Part shown: positions 10,349 to 20,849 of the stretch, one piece after another
Position numbering within the stretch: position 1 is the stretch's first letter
How the letters are laid out: each line of letters begins with the position of its first letter
Assembly: GCA_044865955.1 (NCBI GenBank)
Contig: JBIOTM010000084.1
Span: 1-55,165 of the forward strand
From: Actinomycetota bacterium
Lineage (GTDB): Bacteria > Actinomycetota > UBA4738 > HRBIN12
DNA length: 55,165 bases
Direction of reading: 5' to 3'
Notes under the pieces: generated by a model
The model's input: the letters and a program-made list of their open reading frames with translations, nothing else
The model's database searches: none
Told to the model about the DNA's origin: nothing
Program-made: the position numbers and the translations under genes

Positions 10349-10708
10349 ATGGACCTGACGTTCACCGGCCGTGGCCTCCCGGTCTCCGACGACATCCGGG
10401 AAGAGGCCCAGCACAAGCTGGCCCGGCTGGAACGACTGGAACCGCGTGCCACGCGGATCGACCTGGAGCTCGTCGCCGAACACCATCCCAGCCCTGAGGG
10501 CTTGAAGACGATCAAGGCGGCGCTGAAGATCCCACGCAAGACGATCCGGGCCCGCGCGGAGGCCGGCGACGTCCGCACCGCGCTCGATCACGTCGCCGAG
10601 AAGCTCGAGCGGCAGCTGCGCGATCACCACGGCAAGCGGCTCCGGCGGTGGCACAGGGGAGTACGATTCCCGCGAGGCTCGGCTCCACCTCCTGCTGAGA
10701 GCGAGTGA
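10349..10708 (+). CDS. hpf: Ribosome hibernation promoting factor (HPF/RaiA), short form
   Basis: MDLTFTGRGLPVSDDIRE..KL, IRARAE.D..TALD...KLERQLR; lies between comF and secA. Confidence 0.85.
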   Translation: MDLTFTGRGLPVSDDIREEAQHKLARLERLEPRATRIDLELVAEHHPSPEGLKTIKAALKIPRKTIRARAEAGDVRTALDHVAEKLERQLRDHHGKRLRRWHRGVRFPRGSAPPPAESE

Positions 10709-10727
10709 TGCCGATACGACTGGGGAG

Positions 10728-11432
10728 ATGACCCCGAGGCAGATGACCAAGGACGCGAAAGGCGACGCCGCCGAGAAGCTCCGCGTGATGATCGTGGACG
10801 ATCACGCGCTGTTCCGGCGGGGTCTCGAGATGGTGCTGCAGGGGGAGGACGACCTCACGCTGGTGGGCGAGGCGTCCGACGGCGAGGAGGCCGTCGAGAA
10901 GGCGCAGGAGCTCATGCCCGACGTCGTGCTGATGGACGTGCGGATGCCGAAGCGATCGGGGATCGAGGCCGCGGGCCACATCAAGGAGCTCATCCCGCAC
11001 TGCAAGATCCTGATGCTCACGATCTCGGACGACGAGGGAGACCTGTACGAAGCGATCAAGGCCGGGGCCGCCGGCTACCTCCTGAAGGAGATCCCGATCG
11101 AGGAGGTCGCCGATGCGATCAGGAGCGTGTGGGCCGGTCAGTCGCGGATCTCACCCTCGATGGCGTCCAAGCTCCTGACGGAGTTCGCGGCGATCTCGAA
11201 GGAGGCCGACGAACGGCCGCAGATGCCGGCGCCGAAGCTCACCGACCGGGAGATGGAGGTGCTGCGCCTGGTCGCCCAGGGGCTCAACAACCGCGACATC
11301 GCCAAACGGTTGTTCATCTCCGAGAACACGGTGAAGAACCACATCCGCAATATCCTGGAGAAGCTGCACCTGCACTCACGCATGGAGGCCGTCGTCTACG
11401 CCGTGCGCGAGAAGATGATCGAGATCACGTGA
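10728..11432 (+). CDS. NarL/LuxR-family response regulator
   Basis: REC domain (IVDDH, DVVLMDVRMP) plus HTH LTDREMEVL...ISENTVKNH. No adjacent kinase. Confidence 0.95.
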   Translation: MTPRQMTKDAKGDAAEKLRVMIVDDHALFRRGLEMVLQGEDDLTLVGEASDGEEAVEKAQELMPDVVLMDVRMPKRSGIEAAGHIKELIPHCKILMLTISDDEGDLYEAIKAGAAGYLLKEIPIEEVADAIRSVWAGQSRISPSMASKLLTEFAAISKEADERPQMPAPKLTDREMEVLRLVAQGLNNRDIAKRLFISENTVKNHIRNILEKLHLHSRMEAVVYAVREKMIEIT

Positions 11433-11452
11433 CGGCTCCATAGCCGCCCGCG

Positions 11453-11920
11453 ATGGCAGATGCGACGATCGCCGCTGCCCGCGACCTGTTCGACCAGGCG
11501 TTCCGAGGGATGCGCGGAGCGATCGTGGGACTCCCGGCCGAAGGCCTCGCGTGGCGCCCGCCCGCGAACGACAGCAACCCGATCACCGTCCTCGCCACGC
11601 ATGCGATGCACAGCACCCGCTGGTGGCTGACGATCGCGCGCGGCGCGCCGCTCCCGCACCGGGACCGACCGTCGGAGTTCGTCGCCGGATCCGGGAGCGC
11701 CCAGGAGCTGCTGTCGTTCGTGGACTCGATGGCGGCCGACTGCCACGCGAGGCTCGACGCCGACGAGCCCTTCGACCCCGCCGCGATGCGCGACGTCCCC
11801 GATGACGAGCCGGTCTCGTCCACCTGGGCCCTCCTGCACGCCCTGGAGCACCTGAGCGAGCATTCGGCCGTCGCGCAGCTCACGCGCCAGCTCTGGGATC
11901 GGCGGCGGGAGGGCTCCTGA
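11453..11920 (+). CDS. DinB/DUF664 family protein
   Basis: LAWRP..SNPITVLATH...LLHALEHLSEH histidine pattern. Confidence 0.75.
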   Translation: MADATIAAARDLFDQAFRGMRGAIVGLPAEGLAWRPPANDSNPITVLATHAMHSTRWWLTIARGAPLPHRDRPSEFVAGSGSAQELLSFVDSMAADCHARLDADEPFDPAAMRDVPDDEPVSSTWALLHALEHLSEHSAVAQLTRQLWDRRREGS

Positions 11921-11934
11921 CGTTCGCTCGGTGA

Positions 11935-12534
11935 TCACCACCCGTTCCGATGGATCTGGTCCTCGAGTGGGCGCCGTCGCCGCGTCATCCACGAGCCCAC
12001 CGGCTCTTCGTCCTCCGCCCGGTAGCCGAGCCCGATGATGCCGATCGGTCGGAGGTGCTCCGGCACCCCGAACCGATCGAGCAGCTCCCGTTCGCCGTGC
12101 GTGATCCCGAAGAACCATCCGCCCAATCCGGCCTCGACCGCCGCCAGCAGCATCAGCATCGAGGCCATCGCGGCGTCGATCTCCCAGAACCGCACGGGCC
12201 AGTTCGCCTCCTCGTCCATGCCGAACCCGATCTTGTCGGGTTGCGAGTAGCGCTCCAGGTACCGACGGGCGTCGGGCAGGGGCAGGATGAGAACCGTGGG
12301 CCCGTGGGCGATCGCCTGCGGCTCCCATCCGTACTCCGGATCGGCGGTGAGCTCCCAGAAGGCCTGGACGGTCTCTGGCGTGTCCAGCACCAGCAGCTCG
12401 AGCCCCTGCGAGAACCCGGCGGACGGTGCGCGCCGGCCCACGTCGACGATCCGGTCGACGATCTCGCGGGGGACCGGCCGCCGATCGAACCGGCGAACCA
12501 TCCGGCGGCGGCGGACGACGTCCCGGAACTCCAC
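11935..12534 (-). CDS. Nitroreductase family protein
   Basis: C-terminal part of the 11935..14532 shadow ORF: VEFRDVVRRRRMVRRF, RAPSAGFSQG, LLAAVEAGLG. GTG start at 12534. Confidence 0.88.
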   Translation of the reverse strand: MEFRDVVRRRRMVRRFDRRPVPREIVDRIVDVGRRAPSAGFSQGLELLVLDTPETVQAFWELTADPEYGWEPQAIAHGPTVLILPLPDARRYLERYSQPDKIGFGMDEEANWPVRFWEIDAAMASMLMLLAAVEAGLGGWFFGITHGERELLDRFGVPEHLRPIGIIGLGYRAEDEEPVGSWMTRRRRPLEDQIHRNGW

Positions 12535-12570
12535 GCGGCCGAGCGTATCGCCCGGGTAGCCTGACGACCG

Positions 12571-14229
12571 ATGGAGGCTCCTCCGCACGGCCGACGGACC
12601 GTCGCACGGTTGCTCGTCGAGTGCCTCGTGAACGAGGGCGTCGAGTACGTCTTCGGCCTCCCGGGCGAGGAGAACCTGCATACGATCGACGCGCTCGCCG
12701 ATTCGTCGATCCGATTCATCACGACCCGGGACGAACGTGGCGCCGCCTTCATGGCCGACACGTACGGCGCCCTGACGGGGCGACCCGGGGTGTGCCTCGC
12801 CACGCTCGGTCCGGGTGCGATCAACCTGATGCTGGGCATCGCCAACGCGCACCTGGACTCGCACCCGCTCGTCGCGATCACCGCGCAAGCCGGGCTGAAC
12901 CGCCAGTACAAGGAGTCCCACCAGTCGGTCGACCTCGTGGAGCTGTTCCGTCCCATCACGAAGTGGGGCGCCATGATCACCGTCGACGAGGCGGTCCCGG
13001 CGATGGTCCGCAAGGCGTTCAAGCAGGCGCGCACGGAACGCCCCGGCGCTGCGTTCCTCATCCTGCCCGAAGACGTCGCCGATCAGCCGGCCGAGGGGAA
13101 GCCCCTCAGGGTCAACGTCCCGGTCGACCCCGCTCCGGCGGAGGCGCAGGTGCGGCGGGCGGCCCAGATCCTGGACGACGCGAAGGCGCCGGTGGTGCTC
13201 GCCGGCCCGGGCGTCGCGCGCGACGACGCGATGGATGCCCTGGTCCGCTTCTCCGAGCGGCTCCACCTGCCGGTCGCCACGACGTTCCTCGGCAAGGGGG
13301 TCTTCCCCGACGATCACCCGAACGCGCTGGGCACGATCGGGTTCATGGTCCGGGACTACGCCAACTTCGGCTTCGACGAAGCCGACGTGGTGGTGGCGGT
13401 CGGCTACGACCTGGTCGAGTACGCACCCGAGCGCTGGAACCCGGGACGGGACAAGCGGATCGTCCACATCCACCGCACCGTGGCCGAGGTCGACGACGCG
13501 TACACGCTCGAGGTCGGCGTGCAGGGAGACATCGGAGCGTCGCTCGACGCCATCGCGCGGGTCGCCGCCGGCAACACGGAGCGCAACCGGGAGGCTCCAG
13601 GCGAGCGGCTCGTCCGGGACGAGCTGGAGTCCGGCGCGGCCGACGACGCCTTCCCGATCCGCCCCCAGCGGATCGTGCACGACGTGCGGGAGGCGATGGA
13701 ACGCGAGGACATCGTGCTCTGCGACACGGGCGCCGCGAAGATCTGGATGGCCCGCCTGTTCCCGACCTACGCTCCGAACACGTGCCTGATCTCGAACGGC
13801 CTCGCCACGATGGCGTTCTCGCTGCCGGGCGCCTTCGCCGCCAAGCTCGTGCGTCCCGATCGCAAGGTGTTGGCCACGATGGGCGACGGCGCGTTCCTGA
13901 TGAGCGCCGCCGAGATCGAGACGGCGGTCCGCGAACAGGTGCACTTCGTGATCCTCGTGTGGGTGGACGGCGGCTACGGGCTGATCGGCTGGAAGCAGGA
14001 CATCCACTTCGGCCGGCGGGCGGCGGTCTCCTTCGGGAACCCGGACTTCGTCCGGTTCGCGGAGAGCTTCGGCGCGAAGGGCTACGCGGTCCAGGCAGCG
14101 GCCGAGCTGCTGCCCACCCTCCGCACGGCGCTCCACGACGACGCCGTCTCCGTGATCGCGGTGCCGGTCGACTACGGCGAGAACGCGCGACTCGTCGAGC
14201 GTCTCGGGGCGCTCACGGACTCCCTGTGA
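12571..14229 (+). CDS. Acetolactate synthase large subunit-like ThDP enzyme
   Basis: [23 protein letters not shown] ThDP motif. No small subunit nearby. Confidence 0.9.
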   Translation: MEAPPHGRRTVARLLVECLVNEGVEYVFGLPGEENLHTIDALADSSIRFITTRDERGAAFMADTYGALTGRPGVCLATLGPGAINLMLGIANAHLDSHPLVAITAQAGLNRQYKESHQSVDLVELFRPITKWGAMITVDEAVPAMVRKAFKQARTERPGAAFLILPEDVADQPAEGKPLRVNVPVDPAPAEAQVRRAAQILDDAKAPVVLAGPGVARDDAMDALVRFSERLHLPVATTFLGKGVFPDDHPNALGTIGFMVRDYANFGFDEADVVVAVGYDLVEYAPERWNPGRDKRIVHIHRTVAEVDDAYTLEVGVQGDIGASLDAIARVAAGNTERNREAPGERLVRDELESGAADDAFPIRPQRIVHDVREAMEREDIVLCDTGAAKIWMARLFPTYAPNTCLISNGLATMAFSLPGAFAAKLVRPDRKVLATMGDGAFLMSAAEIETAVREQVHFVILVWVDGGYGLIGWKQDIHFGRRAAVSFGNPDFVRFAESFGAKGYAVQAAAELLPTLRTALHDDAVSVIAVPVDYGENARLVERLGALTDSL

Positions 14230-14305
14230 GGGCACCGTCGCCGTTCGCCGAGGCTCACGAGGAGCCCCGTTAGAATCGAAGTCCCACGACGGAAGAGGAT
14301 CCGCA

Positions 14306-17011
14306 GTGCCCTTCATCGAGAAGTTCAGCAACATCGGCGAAGGCCGGCGCCGCAAGGAGCTCGAGCACGTCGCCAAGCTCGTCAACACGTGGGAGCCAGA
14401 GACCGAGGAGCTCTCCGACGAGCAGCTGGGCCACCGGACGGTCGAGTTCCGGCAGCGCCTCGGGAACGGCGAGCCCCTCGACGACCTGCTGCCCGAGGCG
14501 TTCGCGACCGTCCGCGAGGCCGCCCGCCGCACGATCGGTCAGCGCCACTTCGACGTCCAGCTGATGGGCGGCGCCGCCCTGCACCGCGGGAGCATCGCCG
14601 AGATGCGGACCGGCGAAGGCAAGACCCTCGTCTCGACGCTCCCTGGCTACCTGAACGCCCTCGAGGGCCACGGCGTGCACATCGTCACGGTGAACGACTA
14701 CCTGGCCAAGCGCGACTCCGAGTGGATGGGCGGCATCTACCGCTTCCTGGGTCTCCACGTCGGGCTGATCCAGGCGCAGATGAGTCCAGAACAGCGCCGG
14801 CCCGCCTACGAGGCGGACATCACGTACGGCACCAACAACGAGTTCGGGTTCGACTACCTCCGCGACAACATGTCCATGCGCCTCGAGCACACGGTCCAAC
14901 GCGGCCACCACTTCGCGATCGTGGACGAGGTCGACTCGATCCTGATCGACGAAGCGCGCACCCCGCTGATCATCAGCGGCATGGTGCAGGACTCGGCCAA
15001 GTGGTACCAGACGTTCGCGCGGATCGCGCCCCAGCTTCGTGCCGACGACGACTACGAGGTGGAGGAGGCGAAGTACCAGGTCGCGGTCACGGAGCACGGC
15101 GTCGCCCGGGTCGAGGCGCTGCTGAACATCGACAACCTCTACGACCACTCGAACACGATGCTCGTCCACCACCTGCACAACGCGCTGCGCGCCAAGGAGC
15201 TCTACAAGCGCGACGTCCAGTACGTGGTCCAGAACGGCGAGGTGAAGATCGTCGACGAGTTCACCGGCCGGGTCCTCGAGGGCCGGCGGTACTCGGAGGG
15301 GCTCCATCAGGCGATCGAGGCGAAGGAGGGCGTGCGGATCAAGGAGGAGAACCAGACCCTCGCCACGATCACGATCCAGAACTACTTCAAGATGTACGAG
15401 AAGCTCGCGGGGATGACGGGGACCGCGAAGACGCAGCTCACCGAGTTCGAGGAGACCTACACGCTCGGCGTCACCGAGATCCCCACGAACCAGCCGATGA
15501 TCCGCCAGGACGACCAGGACCTGATCTTCAAGACCGAGGACGCGAAATGGAACGCGCTCATCGAGGACATCATCGAGCGGCACGAGGTGGGCCAGCCGAT
15601 CCTCGTGGGCACCGTGTCGATCGAGAAGTCCGAGAAGCTCTCGTCGATGCTGGACCGCCGCGGCGTCAAGCACAACGTCCTGAACGCCAAGAACCACGAG
15701 AAGGAGGCGATGATCGTCGCGCAGGCCGGCCGGAGGGGCGCGGTCACGGTCGCGACGAACATGGCTGGCCGCGGCGTCGACATCCTCCTCGGAGGCAACC
15801 CCGAGTACCTCGCCCGCCAGGAGATGGCCGCGCGGGACTTCGACAACGACCGGTACCTCCTGTTCGAGCTGGACGAGGACGAGCGGGCCGCCTACGAAAC
15901 CGAGTACGAGCCGATCTTCGCGAAGTTCAAGGCGCAGACCGACGCCGAGCACGAGGAGGTCGTCGAGCTCGGCGGCCTGTACGTGCTGGGGACCGAGCGC
16001 CACGAGTCCCGCCGGATCGACAACCAGCTCCGCGGACGGTCCGGCCGTCAGGGCGATCCGGGCGCGTCGCTCTTCTACCTGTCGCTCCAGGACGACCTGA
16101 TGCGGATGTTCGCCTCCGACCGGGTCGCGTCGATCATGGAGCGGTTCAAGTGGCCTGAGGACGAGCCGATCGAGGCGAAGATGGTGACACGGGCCGTCCA
16201 GAACGCACAGGGGCAGATCGAGGAGCTCAACTACGAGCGCCGCAAGAACGTCCTCAAGTACGACGAGGTGATGAACGGCCAGCGGACCGTGATCTACGGG
16301 GAGCGCCGGAAGATCCTCGAGGGCGGGGACCTGAAGGACGAAGCGCTCGGGTTCGTCCGGGAGGTCGTCGAGGCGACGGTCGCGACGTACTGCCCCCCGG
16401 ACGTGTTCGCCGAGGAGTGGGACCGGGACGGGCTCATGACCGCGCTCTCCGAGGTCTACCCGGTCTCGCTCACGGCACAGCAGGTCGCCGAGATGGGGGA
16501 TCCCGAGGCGCTGCAGGCAGCCTTCGTCGAGGACGCCCTAGCGGCGTACGCGGCGAAGGAGGAAGCGGTCGGCGAGCAGGTGATGCGCGAGCTCGAGCGC
16601 GTCGTGCTCCTGAACATCATCGACACCCGGTGGCGCGAGCACCTGTACGAGATGGACTACCTCCAGGAAGGGATCTACCTCAGGAGCTACGCGCAACAGG
16701 ACCCGCTGACGGAGTACCGCCGCGAGGCCTTCGAGATGTTCGAGGAGCTCACGAGCACGATCCAGAGCGAGTTCGTCCGCTACATCTACCGGGTGGAGCT
16801 GGTCAGGCCCGAGGAGCAGCAGCGGCGGGCGGCCGCTCCGAGGGTCAACCGCGTGCGCGAGAGCCACGGCGACGAGCCGGCCGCGTCGTCGTCGCCGACC
16901 GCGCAGGAGGCGAATCCGAACCAGGTCATCAGCGACAAGGTGCCGCGGAACGCCCCCTGTCCGTGCGGCAGCGGGCGGAAGTACAAGAAGTGCCACGGGG
17001 CCGTGGCCTAG
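14306..17011 (+). CDS. secA: Preprotein translocase subunit SecA
   Basis: [41 protein letters not shown] tail [13 protein letters not shown]. -10 TAGAAT at 14271. Confidence 0.99.
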   Translation: MPFIEKFSNIGEGRRRKELEHVAKLVNTWEPETEELSDEQLGHRTVEFRQRLGNGEPLDDLLPEAFATVREAARRTIGQRHFDVQLMGGAALHRGSIAEMRTGEGKTLVSTLPGYLNALEGHGVHIVTVNDYLAKRDSEWMGGIYRFLGLHVGLIQAQMSPEQRRPAYEADITYGTNNEFGFDYLRDNMSMRLEHTVQRGHHFAIVDEVDSILIDEARTPLIISGMVQDSAKWYQTFARIAPQLRADDDYEVEEAKYQVAVTEHGVARVEALLNIDNLYDHSNTMLVHHLHNALRAKELYKRDVQYVVQNGEVKIVDEFTGRVLEGRRYSEGLHQAIEAKEGVRIKEENQTLATITIQNYFKMYEKLAGMTGTAKTQLTEFEETYTLGVTEIPTNQPMIRQDDQDLIFKTEDAKWNALIEDIIERHEVGQPILVGTVSIEKSEKLSSMLDRRGVKHNVLNAKNHEKEAMIVAQAGRRGAVTVATNMAGRGVDILLGGNPEYLARQEMAARDFDNDRYLLFELDEDERAAYETEYEPIFAKFKAQTDAEHEEVVELGGLYVLGTERHESRRIDNQLRGRSGRQGDPGASLFYLSLQDDLMRMFASDRVASIMERFKWPEDEPIEAKMVTRAVQNAQGQIEELNYERRKNVLKYDEVMNGQRTVIYGERRKILEGGDLKDEALGFVREVVEATVATYCPPDVFAEEWDRDGLMTALSEVYPVSLTAQQVAEMGDPEALQAAFVEDALAAYAAKEEAVGEQVMRELERVVLLNIIDTRWREHLYEMDYLQEGIYLRSYAQQDPLTEYRREAFEMFEELTSTIQSEFVRYIYRVELVRPEEQQRRAAAPRVNRVRESHGDEPAASSSPTAQEANPNQVISDKVPRNAPCPCGSGRKYKKCHGAVA

Positions 17012-17044
17012 CGGCCACGGCCCGTGACCCCGAGGTGGCACGAC

Positions 17045-17071
17045 GAAGGGGCCGGCGTTCCCGCCGGCCCC
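17045..17071. terminator. GC hairpin between convergent secA and CxxC paralog A
   Basis: GGGGCCGGCG-TTCC-CGCCGGCCCC, 10-bp stem; no long U tract. Confidence 0.55.
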
Positions 17072-17104
17072 CCATCGCCCCCTCCGTCCGAGGGCGTCCC
17101 GGTC

Positions 17105-17554
17105 TCATCGGCACTGCGGGCAGGGCTCGCCGTTGACCATGATCGGCTTGTGACCTCCGACCTTCGGCCTGAACGTTCCATCCGTCCCGTAGGCTGCGGG
17201 GTTCTCGAGACCGCTGATGGACGTGACGCCAGCCGTCACCGCTCCGACGGTCACCTCGTGGGCCCGTCCCGAAGCGTGGTAGGCGAACGCCCCTTGCTCG
17301 CGGATCGCGGCGCTCGAGTTCTCCAGGACCGCCGGGTCGAAGAGCACGCGGCCTCCCTGCTCGCGGACCGCGGCGCTCGAGTTGGCGAGGCGCTCGTCGT
17401 CGGTGACCGAGGTGACGATCCCGTCCGGACGAGCGTCGGTGAACACCGTCAGCCCGATGGCAGCCGCGATCGCGGCGGCCAGCAGGGCGGCGATGGTCCA
17501 CATCGGCAGCTGGACGGCCCCTCTCCTCTCGAGGGTTCCTCCCTGGGCGCTCAT
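17105..17554 (-). CDS. Small membrane-anchored protein with C-terminal CxxC (paralog A)
   Basis: Strong RBS (GGAAGGAGGGAG), one TM helix, internal repeat LxNSSAAxREQG twice, ends HKPIMVNGEPCPQCR. Confidence 0.8.
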   Translation of the reverse strand: MSAQGGTLERRGAVQLPMWTIAALLAAAIAAAIGLTVFTDARPDGIVTSVTDDERLANSSAAVREQGGRVLFDPAVLENSSAAIREQGAFAYHASGRAHEVTVGAVTAGVTSISGLENPAAYGTDGTFRPKVGGHKPIMVNGEPCPQCR

Positions 17555-17603
17555 GGCTCCCTCCTTCCTCTCCGGTCCCCCTCAGGACCTGACTGATGGG
17601 CTG

Positions 17604-17669
17604 ACCCTAGGGAGGGCGCGCTCGCCGGTCGGTGCCGAGCCGTACGGATCGGGGGTGATGTTGGCCACC
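17604..17669 (-). promoter_or_regulatory. Promoter of paralog A: -10 box plus two CRP-like boxes
   Basis: -10 TAGGGT (17604-17609); GGTGC-N6-GTACG (17631-17646); GGTGA-N6-CCACC (17654-17669). Confidence 0.6.
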
Positions 17670-17748
17670 TCGATCCGGTGACGGGTGGGGGGTCGATGCA
17701 GGCGATGACTCAGGGTGGGCCGGGGGGATGATGCGCGGTGCGGACGGC

Positions 17749-17778
17749 GAAGAGGCCGGCGCATCCGCGCCGGCCCCT
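17749..17778 (-). terminator. GC hairpin downstream of paralog B
   Basis: GGCCGGCGC-ATCC-GCGCCGGCC followed by TCTTC on the minus strand; homologous to the 17045 hairpin. Confidence 0.55.
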
Positions 17779-17798
17779 GACCCCTCGCGGGGAGAGGT

Positions 17799-18245
17799 CT
17801 ACCTGCACTGCGGGCAGGGCTCGCCGTTCACCACGATCGCCCGGTGCGGGCCTGCGGCGGGAGCGTCGCCGGCGGTCGGATACGCTCCGGCGTTCTCGAG
17901 TCCGCTGATCAACGTGGTCCCGGTCGTCACCGCACCGACGATCACCTCGTGAGCCCGCCCAGAGGTGTGGTAGGCGAGCGCCCCCTGCTCGCGGATCGCG
18001 GCGCTCGAGTTCTCCAGGACCGCCGGGTCGAAGAGCACGCGGCCTCCCTGCTCGCGGATGGCGGCGCTCGAGTTGGCGAGGCGCTCGTCGTTGGTGACCG
18101 AGGTGACGAGCCCGTCCTGGCGAGCATCGGTGAACACCGTCATCCCGATGGCGGTGGCGATCGCGGCGACCAACAGGACCGCGACGGGCCACATCGGCAG
18201 GCGGATGGCCCCTCTCCTCTCGAGGATCCCTCCCTGGGCGCTCAT
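17799..18245 (-). CDS. Small membrane-anchored protein with C-terminal CxxC (paralog B)
   Basis: Tandem duplicate of 17105..17554 with the same RBS/leader; ends HRAIVVNGEPCPQCR. Confidence 0.8.
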   Translation of the reverse strand: MSAQGGILERRGAIRLPMWPVAVLLVAAIATAIGMTVFTDARQDGLVTSVTNDERLANSSAAIREQGGRVLFDPAVLENSSAAIREQGALAYHTSGRAHEVIVGAVTTGTTLISGLENAGAYPTAGDAPAAGPHRAIVVNGEPCPQCR

Positions 18246-18293
18246 GGCTCCCTCCTTCCTCTCCGGTCCCCATGGGACCTGATCGATGGAGCG

Positions 18294-18359
18294 AACCTAG
18301 GGAGCGGGCGACCCGAAGTCGGTGCCTGTGGGCACCCATCGTCGGTGATGCCCATCACA
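18294..18359 (-). promoter_or_regulatory. Promoter of paralog B: -10 box plus two CRP-like boxes
   Basis: -10 TAGGTT (18294-18299); GGTGC-N6-GCACC (18321-18336); GGTGA-N6-TCACA (18344-18359). Confidence 0.65.
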
Positions 18360-18381
18360 GGAGCGGCGTCGCTTCTTCCTG

Positions 18382-19936
18382 TTGTACGTCGAACAGGGAT
18401 GCCGCGATACATCGGAGCGATCGACCGGACCCGCCCGAGACCATCCGGTCTCCGCCGACGACGGGACGACCTACGCCACCGACGAGCTGGGGAACCTCAC
18501 CGGGATCGACGCACCCGGTACCAGTTCGGACTGGACCTTCGCCTACGACGCGTGGTCACAGCTGAAGACGGCGACCCAGGGCTCCACGGTCATCAACTAC
18601 GCGCTGGATGCCTTGGGCCGGCTCCTCACGCGGACGAACGGCTCCGCGAGCACCTCGTACCTCTACCGGGGGACTTCCGAAGACATCTCGAAGGCCACGC
18701 CGTCGACGGGATCGGCCACGACCTACACCTATTCGGCCGGCGGACCCCTCGCTCAGAAGATCGGCACCACGAAACGACTGTACCTGCGCGACGTCCACGG
18801 CGACGTCGTCGGCCTCACCGACACGGCCGGCGTGGCCAAAGGCACCAGGACCTTCGATCCCTACGGCCGACAGCGGACCTCCACCGGAGAGACATCGGTC
18901 CTGGGGTTCCAGGGCGCCCCCACGGATACCAACACGGGCCTCGTCGACATGGTCACCCGTCACTACCTGCCGACGCTCGGCCGGTTCATCACCGCCGATC
19001 AGGTGTTCGGGAACCTGATGCTCCCGATCTCGCTGAACCGCTTCTCCTACGCGGTCGGGAACCCCGTCTCCTACACCGACCCCGACGGGATGTGCGCGGA
19101 CCCGTCCTTCTGCCCCGCCCCGATCACGTCTTCACGCTCCTCGGCGGAGAGGTGGTACGACACGGGATCGGAGCTCAACGAGCCCTCCTACGGGGAGTCC
19201 TCCGGCTACCACTCCTACGTCACCAAGCTGTACGTCGAACATCCCGACATCCGACCCCCGACCTTCCGGCTCCAGTTCTTCAACCGGCTCCCGAACCTCC
19301 TAAGGGATAGGGGTCTTCTGGACACGGACTACGCCACCTTCGGCTGCTCGGGGACGAAGGGCTTCTCCTCCTGCGGCGTCCACGTCGAGGACGAGGGCGG
19401 CGGCTTCATGGGGTTCCTCCACAACACCCTGGACCTCATCGGGTTCATCCCCGTGGTCGGGGAGCCTGCCGATGGTGCGAACGCGGTCCTGTACGCGATC
19501 GAAGGGGACCACCTCAACGCGCTGATCTACGCCGGCGCCGTGCTCATCCCGACAAGCGGACGAGCCCTGCGCGCGGGTCGAGAGATCGTTGAGGAAGGTG
19601 TCGAGGTCGTAGCCAAGAACGCCGACGGTCTCCTCACCCGAGCTCGCTACGCGATCGGAGACTTGCGCGATGAGACGGGGATCGTGGGCCGCGGAAGCCG
19701 ACTAGCAAACGCCCAAGCGACAGATATGGCCAACTGGATTGGCTTCCGACCTGCCGGCGGATCTCCGATCCAAGGACAGAGGGTCTTTACGAATGGCAGG
19801 CGTTACATCGTGCAGGACATCACCTCAAACAAGCCAGAAGGGCTCTGGAAGATGGCGAAGACACCCGCAAGATCTGCTCAGCAAGCAGACGAGGATGGGC
19901 ACCTATGACTACATGTTGAACTGGGTGGGGCCTTAG
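18382..19936 (+). pseudogene. Orphan Rhs C-terminal module with Ntox21-like nuclease tip, 5'-truncated and frameshifted
   Basis: YD repeats, Rhs core end NRFSYAVGNPVSYTDPDG, pretoxin helix region LDLIGFIPVVGEPADGANA. Tip GQRVF..G.RYI..D....GLWKMA continues in a shifted frame at ~19864 as QDLLSKQTRMGTYDYMLNWVGP*. Confidence 0.8.
18471..18547 (+). repeat. Rhs-derived direct repeat, copy 1
   Basis: 77 bp with about 15 mismatches (hand count) to 20429..20505; encodes YATDELGNLTGIDAPGTSSDWTFAY. Confidence 0.85.
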
Positions 19937-20418
19937 TGCGGTACCACTGGCGCATCAGCAAGTTCGACCCGTTGAGCGTTACCTCCTCAAAAGAGGAAGA
20001 CGACTGGACCTCGATCTCGGACGTGGGCAAGTCTTTCGGAGGCGTCCCTCTTACGCGGGCCGAGTATGAACGAGTTGAGGAGACATATCTGTCATCCGCG
20101 AGGTCCTTCATGAGAGACTCCGGCGTCAATGAGCTCTCCGTCTCAGACAAGCAGCTATCCTCAATCGCCTCGCCACGAGCCGATGCGGTCACTGAGGGTA
20201 GCGTCTTGGACGCGGAGGCCGCCCTTGAGGTCGTCAGACTCGAGCTCCGTGAGGAGCTGGCTTGCCGACTTGACGGCGATGGTTTTCACTTGGCCATAGG
20301 ATTTGACTACTACATGTTTGTCGGCAGCGATTTCCCGTGCCGGAACGCCGTCGAATGGACGACCAGCTCCGGCCTGTTCGTTGAGCCCAACATCATTTCG
20401 CCCTATCTGTCGGGATAA
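19936..20418 (+). CDS. Putative immunity protein of the Rhs toxin
   Basis: Start overlaps the restored toxin stop (TAGTG). Lower GC, acidic 160-aa protein, motifs RISKFDP, DWTSISDVG, GFDYYMFVG. Confidence 0.7.
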   Translation: MRYHWRISKFDPLSVTSSKEEDDWTSISDVGKSFGGVPLTRAEYERVEETYLSSARSFMRDSGVNELSVSDKQLSSIASPRADAVTEGSVLDAEAALEVVRLELREELACRLDGDGFHLAIGFDYYMFVGSDFPCRNAVEWTTSSGLFVEPNIISPYLSG

Positions 20419-20428
20419 CGTCCTCGAA

Positions 20429-20505
20429 CTACTCCACTGACGAGCTCGGGAACCTCACCGAGATCGACGCGCCCAGGACGGCCTCGGAGTGGTCGTTCGG
20501 CTACG
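20429..20505 (+). repeat. Rhs-derived direct repeat, copy 2 (stub of a second module)
   Basis: Encodes YSTDELGNLTEIDAPRTASEWSFGY; begins 10 bp after the immunity stop. Confidence 0.85.
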
Positions 20506-20533
20506 CCCCGCTCCGGACGGCTCACAGGGTCAC

Positions 20534-20774
20534 TGAGCTTGCCCCTAAGGCCGGACGCACAACGGTGGGACTCGCTGGTCCAGGGGATGAGGCGTTTCCC
20601 CCAGTGCCTAGATCACGTCCGTCCTACCTGGTGGGGTTGGGGTTCAAAGCTGAGGCGGTCCGGCTACCGCGAGTCGCGCCGCAGCCCGAAAGGCGATGGC
20701 CGAAGACCTGTGCGTTTCGCTCGAGTCTCGGCGCACGTGGGTCAACTAAACGCGCGATTGACGCCGGCGAGTGA
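20534..20774 (+). mobile_element. Decayed IS3-family element: left end plus frameshifted orfA fragment
   Basis: IRL-like TGAGCTTGCCCCTAAGGCCGGACGC. Stitching frames from GTG 20604 gives PRSRPSY..FKAEAVRL/RESRRSPK/MAEDLCVSLESRRTWVN*/IDAGE, an IS3 OrfA HTH pattern. Confidence 0.75.
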
Positions 20775-20775
20775 T

Positions 20776-20818
20776 GAAAGGGGGCGGCCGGCCGGGCCTT
20801 CCGGGCCGGCCGGCCGCC
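20776..20818 (-). terminator. GC hairpin downstream of paralog C
   Basis: 13-bp stem GGCGGCCGGCCGG/CCGGCCGGCCGCC followed by CCCTTTC on the minus strand. Confidence 0.6.
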
Positions 20819-20849
20819 GATGAGAGGGGGGTACCTCTCGTCTCTCAGG

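Noticed and set aside
11935-14532. 865-aa ORF taken as a single protein
   Set aside because: Only the last 199 codons (nitroreductase) are real; the rest is antisense to the ThDP enzyme.
20539-20823. Short ORFs 20539..20823 and 20565..20774 as genes
   Set aside because: Better explained as frameshifted pieces of an IS3 orfA.
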